DNA of 64,000 bases from an uncultured bacterium (GTDB taxonomy: Bacteria > Desulfobacterota > JADFVX01), in contig CBDVDA010000001.1 of NCBI GenBank assembly GCA_965372635.1, positions 2,860-66,859 on the forward strand, given 5' to 3'. Positions 1 through 9,607 of this stretch are shown here, piece after piece. Position 1 is the first letter of the stretch. The number at the start of each line of letters is the position of its first letter. The position numbers were made by a program, and so were the translations under genes. A model generated the notes under the pieces. That model was not told the DNA's origin and searched no databases. It saw only the letters and a list, made by a program, of their open reading frames with translations.

Positions 1-405
1 TCGGCTGTTGAAATAGACCCCTTCCCGGGCGCGGCTCTCAGCAAAGGGATAATAGCGGTCGCCCCGGTTGTGAAAAACCCGGAAGATGAGCGTGTTCACG
101 CCTGCCACTTTCATCTCTACGATCTGTTCCTCCAGTTCATCGATGGTACGGCAGTCGAAGAGCAGCGCCTGCACGGCGATCATATTCTCTCCCCGGTTTC
201 CCTTCGTCAGTTTGTAGAGGGGGAGTTCGGTTTCTTCCTTCGTCGGTCTGTAGATGGGGAGTTCAGGCACCTCGTCTAACTCTTGCTGCACATTGCTTCG
301 GCTGCCAATCACCGCCGCTGGTCTTTCCAGTTCTACGGGAGGAGAAGAACATCCGGCCAAAGCGAGAATAACGATGATGAGGCCGACAGGCCTAAAAGAG
401 TTCAT
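1..405 (-). CDS. Putative lipoprotein, partial. The N-terminus is in the window and the gene continues beyond position 1.
   Basis: Reverse-strand ATG at 405 gives MNSFRPVGLIIVILALAGCSS..., a signal peptide with a LAGC lipobox. The frame stays open to the window edge and overlaps the radA stop by 14 nt. It is not in the ORF track because it is truncated. Confidence 0.5.
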   Translation of the reverse strand, partial: MNSFRPVGLIIVILALAGCSSPPVELERPAAVIGSRSNVQQELDEVPELPIYRPTKEETELPLYKLTKGNRGENMIAVQALLFDCRTIDELEEQIVEMKVAGVNTLIFRVFHNRGDRYYPFAESRAREGVYFNSR

Positions 406-1762
406 CGAGGGCCTCCCTGATGGATGAAACGCCGATAAGCGTCATCCCCTTGACCTTCAACCGACTTGTATTATTGGCGGGAAGCAGTGCCCGTTTGAAC
501 CCCATTTTCATCGCCTCTTTCAGTCTCAACTCCGCCTGACCGATCCCCCGCACCTCGCCTGCCAAGCCGATCTCGCCGAAGATCACCATGTCGGATGGGA
601 CCGGCTTGTCGAAAAAACTCGACGCGAGAGAAATGGCGAGGGGCAGATCGACGGCGGGTTCCTCCATCCTGATGCCGCTTATGATGTTGACAAAGATATC
701 CATATCGATAAAACGGATGCCCGCCTTTTTCTCCATCACTGCCGCCATAAGGGAAACGCGGTTATGGTCCACCCCCATCGATGTCCGCCTGGGCGCCCCG
801 AAATTACAGGGGGAGACGAGCGATTGCAGTTCGAGGAGAACAGGCCGCGTCCCCTCCAGGCTCGGCACCACCACGGTGCCGGAAACGTCTTTGGGTCGTT
901 CGGAGATGAAAAGCATGGAGGGGTTCTCCACTTCTTCGAGGCCGCTCTCCTTCATCTCGAAGACGCCGATTTCGTTAGTGGAACCGAAGCGGTTTTTCAC
1001 CGCCCGGAGGATGCGGAAGGGATGCCCCTTGTCCCCCTCGAAATATAAAACCGTATCCACCATATGTTCGAGCACTCTCGGTCCTGCAATGGCGCCATCT
1101 TTGGTTACGTGACCAATCAGGAAGGTGGCCATGCCGCTCTTTTTCGAGGCGTAGATAAGCCTCCCGGCAACCTCTCTCACCTGGCTGATACTGCCGGGGG
1201 CTGCCGCCAACTCTTCCGTAAAGATGGTTTGGACGGAATCGACGACGAGGGCCGTCGGTTTCAGCCGCTCTACTTCGGATAAAATGACTTCGAGCGAAGT
1301 CTCGGCAAGAACGAGCAGGTCTTTCGATGTCGCGCCGAGCCTCTCTCCCCGCATTTTCGTTTGCGATGCCGATTCTTCGCCGGAAAGATAGAGAACGCTC
1401 TTTCCCTGCCGGGCGAGCGCCTCCATCCCCTGGAGGAGGAGCGTCGATTTCCCGATGCCGGGGTCTCCGCCGATAAGGACGGCAGAGCCGTTTACAATCC
1501 CGCCGCCGAGTACGCGGTCCAGCTCCCCAAGTCCGCTTTTAAGGCGACCTTCCTCCTGTTTTTCGATCTCGGAGATGGGGCATGGCGGAATCTCGGCAGA
1601 CCGTTTTACCGGCACCGGTCTGGTCGGTGCTGTGGAAAAGGTCTCCTCCACAAGCGAGTTCCATTGGCCGCAGTCAGGGCATTTCCCCATCCATTTCGGC
1701 GTTTGCCCGCCGCAATTCTGGCAGGTATAGACAGAGCGCGATTTTGCCTTTGCCATTTTCAT
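392..1762 (-). CDS. radA: DNA repair protein RadA/Sms
   Basis: N-terminal C4 zinc finger (YTCQNCGGQTPKWMGKCPDCGQWNS), Walker A GDPGIGKST, KNRFG motif and a Lon-like C-terminal domain. The longer ORF-track model (to 2917) is read-through overlapping the protease on the opposite strand. The true start is the MKMAKAK methionine at 1762 or 1756. Confidence 0.9.
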   Translation of the reverse strand: MKMAKAKSRSVYTCQNCGGQTPKWMGKCPDCGQWNSLVEETFSTAPTRPVPVKRSAEIPPCPISEIEKQEEGRLKSGLGELDRVLGGGIVNGSAVLIGGDPGIGKSTLLLQGMEALARQGKSVLYLSGEESASQTKMRGERLGATSKDLLVLAETSLEVILSEVERLKPTALVVDSVQTIFTEELAAAPGSISQVREVAGRLIYASKKSGMATFLIGHVTKDGAIAGPRVLEHMVDTVLYFEGDKGHPFRILRAVKNRFGSTNEIGVFEMKESGLEEVENPSMLFISERPKDVSGTVVVPSLEGTRPVLLELQSLVSPCNFGAPRRTSMGVDHNRVSLMAAVMEKKAGIRFIDMDIFVNIISGIRMEEPAVDLPLAISLASSFFDKPVPSDMVIFGEIGLAGEVRGIGQAELRLKEAMKMGFKRALLPANNTSRLKVKGMTLIGVSSIREALDELF

Positions 1763-1939
1763 GCCGTTAATAATAGGCGCTATTCCGCCTATTGTCAACA
1801 AAAGAGGCGGCTTCAACGCTCCCCTTTTTTCTATGTTTATCAGGTGTTTTCGTCTATACTTGTTCACCGGCATCGGAGATTCTAATCCTTCTGCTGTTAA
1901 AATAAGAACCTGATTTCTTTCAAGGAGGGCTCCCCAAAA

Positions 1940-3466
<1,527 letters not shown>

Positions 3467-3606
3467 TCTTCAAATGAAAAGGGGCAAAACCTGTCCCAAC
3501 CTTCGGCTGAACTCACGACGAAGCTTTCACTTATCCTTCGGCAGGTTCAGGATGACTCAGGGGACAAGCCTGGTCCGTAAAAGTCCGTGGCAAACGTTTT
3601 TTATGT

Positions 3607-5529
3607 TTATTCTTCCTTGATCCGCCCCTTAACATCTCCGTAGAGATAAACCCGGTTTCGCCCTTCTTCCTTGGCGAGATATAAAGTTGCATCGGCGAGC
3701 CCCACAAGACGCTCTTTGCTCGTCGCATCGGCGGGGAAGGCCGCAACGCCGATGCTCATGGTAATGTTGATTTTTTGCCCCCCGCCAATGTCGAAGGCGG
3801 TCTTTTCCACCGTCTTTCTGATCCTCTCCGATATCTTCAACGCCTCTTTCCTGTCTGCATTGACGAGAATGACGGAAAACTCCTCGCCGCCGTACCTGGC
3901 GGCGAAATCGATATTCCGGATCGAGTCTTTGATTATGCGGCTCACTTCCTTCAGAATTTTATCCCCCGCCGGGTGACCGTAGTTGTCGTTCACCTTCTTG
4001 AAGAAATCGATGTCCGTTAGGAGTTGGGCGAAGTGCTCACCCGTACGGTTCGCCCGTTCGATCTCGGCGGTGAGGGTTTCCTGGAAGTGGCGGTGGTTGA
4101 AAAGCCCTGTCAGACCGTCGGTGATCGCCATCCGTTCCATCCTGTTATAGATGAGAGCATTCGACACGGCCATGGAGAGATGCGCGGCAATCGCTTCGAG
4201 AAGCTTGGTCTCGTAAGCGCTGTAGGCCTTGCTTGCTCTTCGCGCCGTGATAAAGATGCCGGTTACCTCGCCCCCCACCATGAGCGGCATACAGAGAAAA
4301 GAACCCATTCCTTTGAGCGGCTTCGGGAGGTCGGGAAAAACCTTTCCCGCTACTTCGTTACGTGTAAAGTGATAGGTACTTTTCTTTTCCCTCACCCAGC
4401 CGGTGATCCCGCTCTCCAGTCGCCCCTTTTTATCGAAGAGCGATTCCGCTCCCTCCCCTTTCGCCTTCGAGAGGCCACTCGGCTCCTCCTCCCCGTTGAG
4501 GACAACGGCGGAGAGATCGTAATTCACGATCTCTTTGCTGAAATCGAGCACCGTATCGAGGATGACGTCGAGTTTCAGGCTATTGCCGAGCATCTTTGTT
4601 AGCCGGTAGAATCCCTGGAATTCCTCCGCCTCGATGCGGACCTGATCGAAGGTGGCTGAATTCCTGAGGTATTCGGCGGCCACATTTCCCGCCATAAGGG
4701 CCAGTTTTTCCTCGTCTTTGCTGAAGGGGTCTTCCTTCCGGTCGATGCAGAGAATGGCACGAATTTCATCGTCGTTGATCTTTAACGGAACACCGAGAAA
4801 GGCCTCCAGCCCTTCTCTTTTAGCGTAATAACCGAGGCTTAGGTTGTCGAAGGCGGCATCCAGCCGGAGCGTTTTTTCGTGCTCCTCGATCCAGCTAAGA
4901 AGGTTCTTCCCTTTTTCGCAGGGCACTTCGTGGAAAAGGTTGCCGCTGTTCTCGCTTACGGCGGCGCAGAGCTTGAAACGGTCCCCCTCCAGCACGAATA
5001 TGCTACACGTGAAGGCATCGGTGATCTCTTTCAGATCACTCATCGTTTTAGATAAGGCGTTGCTCAGGCGGAAGGCGGAATCGAGGAAAAAATTCTCCTT
5101 CGTTTCTTCCGAGATAACGAGGTTTGAAAAACGGCTTCCCTCAGTCCGGTCCCGGGACAGTTTAGAGGAGAGGGTTTCTATTCCTCCGAGGCGTCCCTCA
5201 GCGGCTTTTTTTGCCCGCCTTTCCGCCTTTATGAAAAAGGCGAAGAGACCTGTCGTGAGAAGAAGAAAGAGGATTTCATAAATCATCGGCGGTTGCCAGA
5301 GTTCCACCTTGCTAAAATACTGAGTAGCTGTATTTATGCCGATGACGGCGGTGAGGTAGGCAAAGACGAACCCGACCGGATGAAAATAGGAGAGAATAAT
5401 CAGCAAAAAGAGATCGAGGGGGAAGGACGCAAGCGCCCTTCCAAAAACAACCAACAACGCGGCTTTTGCAACTGTGATGATAACGAGGCCAAAGATCAGT
5501 TTTTTGATACGGGTTTGTTCCTTTTTCAT
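3607..5529 (-). CDS. Membrane-anchored diguanylate cyclase (N-terminal TM region, GAF-like domains, C-terminal GGDEF domain with GGEEF motif)
   Basis: C-terminus carries DGLTGLFNHRHF...RYGGEEF, typical of an active GGDEF domain. The N-terminus has several hydrophobic helices. Start chosen at MKKEQ (5529). Confidence 0.85.
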   Translation of the reverse strand: MKKEQTRIKKLIFGLVIITVAKAALLVVFGRALASFPLDLFLLIILSYFHPVGFVFAYLTAVIGINTATQYFSKVELWQPPMIYEILFLLLTTGLFAFFIKAERRAKKAAEGRLGGIETLSSKLSRDRTEGSRFSNLVISEETKENFFLDSAFRLSNALSKTMSDLKEITDAFTCSIFVLEGDRFKLCAAVSENSGNLFHEVPCEKGKNLLSWIEEHEKTLRLDAAFDNLSLGYYAKREGLEAFLGVPLKINDDEIRAILCIDRKEDPFSKDEEKLALMAGNVAAEYLRNSATFDQVRIEAEEFQGFYRLTKMLGNSLKLDVILDTVLDFSKEIVNYDLSAVVLNGEEEPSGLSKAKGEGAESLFDKKGRLESGITGWVREKKSTYHFTRNEVAGKVFPDLPKPLKGMGSFLCMPLMVGGEVTGIFITARRASKAYSAYETKLLEAIAAHLSMAVSNALIYNRMERMAITDGLTGLFNHRHFQETLTAEIERANRTGEHFAQLLTDIDFFKKVNDNYGHPAGDKILKEVSRIIKDSIRNIDFAARYGGEEFSVILVNADRKEALKISERIRKTVEKTAFDIGGGQKINITMSIGVAAFPADATSKERLVGLADATLYLAKEEGRNRVYLYGDVKGRIKEE

Positions 5530-5670
5530 AGCTTCAAATAGCACACGTTAATTTGTTTAAAAACAGACGAAGCGCCAACAGATATTACAACGTTTGTTTT
5601 AAACTATCCAGCTTTTTGAAAAAAGGGAACTAAGAGAAGCAAAGAGAAAAGAGATTTTTGATATACAAAT

Positions 5671-5886
5671 TTAATAAGGGTATATTTTGTTATCGAGTTC
5701 GTACGCTTCTATTTTCAGCCTTGAATTTTTCAGATCGGCCATAGCCGCCGCATTGAAGGTCCTGGTTCTATAGTCGCCAAGCATGCCTATGGCAATGGTG
5801 GCGATAATGCCGATAAGGGAAACGACAATGAGAAGTTCTATGAGGGTGAACCCTTTTTCGAATTTTTTAAAGCTGGGGATTATCAT
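5671..5886 (-). CDS. pilA: Short type IVa pilin, Geobacter PilA-N-like. 12-aa leader plus a 59-aa mature peptide with no globular C-terminal domain.
   Basis: MIIPSFKKFEKG|FTLIELLIVVSLIGIIATIAIGMLGDYRTRTFNAAAMADLKN...YPY. Prepilin cleavage site G|F, Glu5, and an alignment of about 45% identity by eye to the G. sulfurreducens PilA mature peptide (FTLIELLIVVAIIGILAAIAIPQFSAYRVKAYNSAASSDLRN...TYPP). Confidence 0.75.
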   Translation of the reverse strand: MIIPSFKKFEKGFTLIELLIVVSLIGIIATIAIGMLGDYRTRTFNAAAMADLKNSRLKIEAYELDNKIYPY

Positions 5887-5986
5887 GTCGATGCAAATGA
5901 TAGAAAATGTTAATGGAGAGTTTCTTAACTATATTAAAAATTTATATGCGTCGTCAATCTAATTAACTTGTCTGGTTTCTCCATTT

Positions 5987-6069
5987 TAATCCCTAGCGGG
6001 TGCAATTCCCCGTAGCTTGCTACGACACAAAATAAATTACTCCAGTTCATACCCCGTTAGCTGCAATTG
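5987..6069 (+). repeat. Copy 1 of a roughly 85-nt conserved structured intergenic repeat (TTAATCCCTAGCGGGTGCAATTCCCCGTAGCTTGCTACGAYACAAAATAAATTACTCCAGTTCATACCCCGT...)
   Basis: Over 90% identical to copies at 26781-26868 and 60444-60530. Contains the small hairpins CGGG-TGCAATTC-CCCG and GTAGC-TT-GCTAC. The 3' part of this copy is degenerate. Confidence 0.7.
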
Positions 6070-6115
6070 TTTTTATTGAATTACCGCTCTCCTTTGGCGT
6101 AGAATTCAGGCTATC

Positions 6116-7354
6116 GTGAATATCCATACCAGACGTTTTGTCGCCTCATCACTCGTTTATTTTCTTGCCGGATGCGCACTCGGGGTACTGGCCGCTTTTC
6201 GGCCTGATCTCGTTACCTTTATCCGGCCTATTCATACCCATCTAAACCTGCTCGGATGGGTTTCCATGATGATCATGGGGGTCAGCTATTTTGTCATCCC
6301 TCTCTTCGTTCGGAAATATCCTTTCAGCGATCGGCTCGTTACTCTCCATTTCCTCACCGCCAACGTGGGGCTTCTCGGGATGGTCTTCTCCTTCGCCGTT
6401 GAAAATTATTCCCTCCTTTCGTTCTTTTCACTTATAGAGGTCTTCTCCGTCTACCTCTTCCTCTTTAATATCATTTCCACTGCCGTTAAAGGGGCGGAGG
6501 TGGAACATGACCCGCCGGAGTGGGCCTTCCTGACCATGAAGACCGATGAGGAAACAGACCGGTGGGCGACCAGGTTTACGCAGGCTGCCACCAATTATTT
6601 CATCATCGGCTGCACCTTCGGCGGCTATATCGTGCTTAGCTCGACCGGATGGAGCTACCTGAAAGTTCACTTCCACGTCAACCTCCTCGGTTGGGTGACG
6701 ATGATGATCTATGGTGTGGCCTACCACATCTTCCCCCGCTTTTCAGGTCGGCTCGTGAAGAGTGTGCCGTTAGTGAAAACAAACTTCATCATCGCCAATA
6801 CCGGTCTTCTCCTGATGATAGCCGCTCTGATTTACGCGGAAAAGGGGAATTCGGCAATTCTCACCTCTTATCTGACGGCCCTGGCGGGAGCAATAGAAGG
6901 GATCGCAGGGATTATCTTCGTCTATAATATCCTCCCCGTCGTCTCTACAGCCGCCGGTACGATGGGACGCGCCTCCGTCCGCTTTGTCCAGGCGAGTCTC
7001 TCCTATCTCGTCCTCGGTGTTCTCGTGGGAGTTGCCATGGCGCTTAAGCCTGATCTCGTTGACAGCATCATGCCGGTGCATGCCCATCTGAACGTGCTCG
7101 GCTGGATTACAATGATGATCTTCGGCGTCGGTTATTACATCATCCCCTCTTTTGCAGGAAAGAAGCTTTTCAGCCAGCGCCTCGCCTCTCTCCATTTCTG
7201 GCTTGCCAACGTGTCCCTCATCGGTTTTCTCGCCCTCTATCCCTTCCGGGAAGAGGCAGGCATAGTGGTTGGACTTTTTGCCTTGGCCGAACTCTTCGGC
7301 GTGCTCATCTTCATCTACAACATTACCCGCAGCATCCTCTTCGAAGATAGATAG
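6116..7354 (+). CDS. 12-TM integral membrane protein with an internally triplicated His-containing 4-TM module. Possibly an NnrS-like heme/copper membrane protein.
   Basis: Three repeats of HxHLN(L/V)LGW(V/I)(S/T)MMI.GV.Y..IP (HTHLNLLGWVSMMIMGVSYFVIP, HFHVNLLGWVTMMIYGVAYHIFP, HAHLNVLGWITMMIFGVGYYIIP). GTG start. Followed by a SCO1/SenC gene. The family assignment is tentative. Confidence 0.6.
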   Translation: MNIHTRRFVASSLVYFLAGCALGVLAAFRPDLVTFIRPIHTHLNLLGWVSMMIMGVSYFVIPLFVRKYPFSDRLVTLHFLTANVGLLGMVFSFAVENYSLLSFFSLIEVFSVYLFLFNIISTAVKGAEVEHDPPEWAFLTMKTDEETDRWATRFTQAATNYFIIGCTFGGYIVLSSTGWSYLKVHFHVNLLGWVTMMIYGVAYHIFPRFSGRLVKSVPLVKTNFIIANTGLLLMIAALIYAEKGNSAILTSYLTALAGAIEGIAGIIFVYNILPVVSTAAGTMGRASVRFVQASLSYLVLGVLVGVAMALKPDLVDSIMPVHAHLNVLGWITMMIFGVGYYIIPSFAGKKLFSQRLASLHFWLANVSLIGFLALYPFREEAGIVVGLFALAELFGVLIFIYNITRSILFEDR

Positions 7355-7441
7355 CTCCCCTCAAATGCACTTGTTTACTTGAAAGTAACGGGGAGGTTGT
7401 GGTATAAATCATCTTTCAAAAAAAGTACGTAAGAGGGGAAA

Positions 7442-8089
7442 ATGAAGAAAAAATATTCAGCTTTGGCCTTGTTTGTCACCATGACTCTGCTCTTTTATGG
7501 CTGCGCAAAGGAAGAGCAAAACGCTCAAAGCGGACACGTGGAGCACGAAGCAAAGAAGCCGGGCAAGAAGACGGCAGAGATCTATGAAAACGGACGGGTC
7601 GTTATCTTCGATGAAGATGCCCCTGCTATCGACCTCGTTAACCAGGAGGGGAAGAAGGTCACCAATGGTGATTTAAAGGGGAAGGTCGTCCTCATCAACT
7701 TCATCTACACCCACTGCGAAGAGAGTTGCCCCATTATGATGCACAAATTCATGGACATCGAAAAGGAGCTGAAGGCCCATCTCGGCAAAGACATTCAACT
7801 CGTTTCCATCACCATGGACCCGGAACGGGACACGCCTGAGGTCTTAAAGAAGTATGCCGAAAAGATGAAGATCGATACGTCCTACTGGACCTTCCTTACG
7901 GGGAAGAAAGCGGTGGTCGATAAGATACTCAAGGGATTCAAATTCTTTTACGTGAAAAACGAAGACGGGTCCTTCGGCCATTCCAACGCCATTGTCGGTC
8001 TCGACAGGGCAGGGCGTTGGAAGTACAACTTCAACGTTCTCACCGTACCTGTAGACATCCTCGTTGAACGGATTAAAAAAGAGGTCTGA
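7442..8089 (+). CDS. SCO1/SenC family copper chaperone (thioredoxin-fold lipoprotein)
   Basis: Signal peptide with LFYGC lipobox, CEESCP (CxxxC) copper-binding motif and a downstream His (GSFGHSNAI). Confidence 0.85.
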   Translation: MKKKYSALALFVTMTLLFYGCAKEEQNAQSGHVEHEAKKPGKKTAEIYENGRVVIFDEDAPAIDLVNQEGKKVTNGDLKGKVVLINFIYTHCEESCPIMMHKFMDIEKELKAHLGKDIQLVSITMDPERDTPEVLKKYAEKMKIDTSYWTFLTGKKAVVDKILKGFKFFYVKNEDGSFGHSNAIVGLDRAGRWKYNFNVLTVPVDILVERIKKEV

Positions 8090-8094
8090 AAAAA

Positions 8095-9606
8095 TTACTT
8101 GCCTGTTAACAACGACAGTGCCAGATTTCCCGCCGTGCTCGTCGTTCTATCGGGAATTTTTGCCAAGGCAGGCGTTTTCACGCCCTTATTTTTTATCCGC
8201 ACCTTGAACTCTTCCTGAGAGCAGCCGAACTCTTTCAGAAGCTGGCCGAATTCCTCCTTTGCCCGCTCCCGCGCTTCATGAAGCTTCATCTGTATGCGGC
8301 TCTTCACATTTACTTCGCCATCCCCCGATGTCTCAATGGGGATAAAAAGCCCCTCCTTATAATCGGAGAGTACCTTGACCTGCACGCCGTCACTCTGCGT
8401 GCTCGGCATGCAGCCGAAAGGTTTTACGGATATCACGAGGTGGGCCTTCTTCTTTTTTATCATGAGGAGGTTTTTGGCAATTTCAATGTGTCCCTCCCCT
8501 CCTGCTATGCGGGTATTATAATAGACGCCTCCAAGCTTCGCCAACTCAGACTGTGAGGGGAGCCGTTTCGGGACAAATCCGAGAGCGCCGCGGTAGCAAG
8601 TATGATAGAAATGAAAAATCAGGTTTACCGACCGGAGACGCAGGAAGCCGGAAAGATACCACCATCGTTTTTTTATTCCCCTGGCAGTCCCCATTCTCTC
8701 TTTAAGATATTCCTCCCACCACCAGATCGTATAGTCTATCCAGCTGCTCACCGGCGCCACCATCACCTCGCATCCCTCCTTCTCCAGCCAGGATGCAAGA
8801 TTATAATTGCCGTCCCCTTCCGTCGTCTGCGCCCAGAACTCGCCGATCATCTTCACCCTGGGCCTTACCTCTGAATAATCGACCTTCACCCGGCCCATTA
8901 TCTGCCTGGCCTGCCTTAGCGCCATGAAAATGGAGCGCCCTTCCCTAAAGGCGATATAGAGACAATCGAATGCCTCTTTCACAGCCGCTTCCGTTGCCCC
9001 TGTCTCTATCTCGTAGGGACGTATTTTATATTTTATCTCATTTATCAGGTCGGCGGCGATGATCCCTTTTCCCAAGGCAACGTAGAAGTCTTTATCCTGC
9101 TTCAACCCCGATTTTTCATCCTTATTCACGTCACCCGATTGGTTGATAATAAGGACCCGAAAACGCCCGAAGCCGGCATCTATAAGGGCTTTGCGATATT
9201 CCGCCTCATACATTCCCATACGACAAGGTCCACAGGCGCCGATGGTGAGAAAGAGATAGCGGTCTTCAATATCTTTTTCGCCGGATGCCTTCAGGCGCTG
9301 GAGATAGCGGATAAGGTTGCCCACTGTATAGTAGGTGGGGTTGCACTGCCCCCGGTTTCCGTATTCCTTTCCGATGGCGAGTGCTTCGTTATCGGGCGTA
9401 GGGAGGTAGTCCGCCTTATGTCCCAGCCCTTCGAGCACGCCTTTGAGAATGATCTCGTGGCCCGGCGTTAGGCCGCCGAAAAGGATGGTGACCTTCTCTT
9501 TTTCATGGGCAAGAAAGGGGCGTTCCTCCGCTTTCCTGTAATGGGTGATTTCGGCCCCTTTTAAGGCTTGCGAGTTCTTAATTCCTGATGGGAGTCTCTT
9601 CTCCAT
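8095..9606 (-). CDS. Acyl-CoA dehydratase-related protein (HgdB/DUF2229-like), partner of the upstream fused activase
   Basis: 503 aa with a cysteine-containing dehydratase-component-like layout. Its start codon is 1 nt from the stop of the 1110-aa activase fusion. Confidence 0.6.
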   Translation of the reverse strand: MEKRLPSGIKNSQALKGAEITHYRKAEERPFLAHEKEKVTILFGGLTPGHEIILKGVLEGLGHKADYLPTPDNEALAIGKEYGNRGQCNPTYYTVGNLIRYLQRLKASGEKDIEDRYLFLTIGACGPCRMGMYEAEYRKALIDAGFGRFRVLIINQSGDVNKDEKSGLKQDKDFYVALGKGIIAADLINEIKYKIRPYEIETGATEAAVKEAFDCLYIAFREGRSIFMALRQARQIMGRVKVDYSEVRPRVKMIGEFWAQTTEGDGNYNLASWLEKEGCEVMVAPVSSWIDYTIWWWEEYLKERMGTARGIKKRWWYLSGFLRLRSVNLIFHFYHTCYRGALGFVPKRLPSQSELAKLGGVYYNTRIAGGEGHIEIAKNLLMIKKKKAHLVISVKPFGCMPSTQSDGVQVKVLSDYKEGLFIPIETSGDGEVNVKSRIQMKLHEARERAKEEFGQLLKEFGCSQEEFKVRIKNKGVKTPALAKIPDRTTSTAGNLALSLLTGK

Positions 9607-9607
9607 G

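Noticed and set aside
3531-3746. 71-aa minus-strand ORF overlapping the 3' end of the GGDEF gene
   Set aside because: It overlaps the diguanylate cyclase coding region in another frame and is low-complexity.
5987-6069. c-di-GMP (GEMM) riboswitch or tRNA-derived fragment as identity of the 85-nt repeat
   Set aside because: There is no resemblance to the GEMM-I or GEMM-II consensus (no GNRA/receptor arrangement). The only tRNA-like element is a T-arm-like CGGG-TGCAATT-CCCG hairpin, with no acceptor or anticodon arms.
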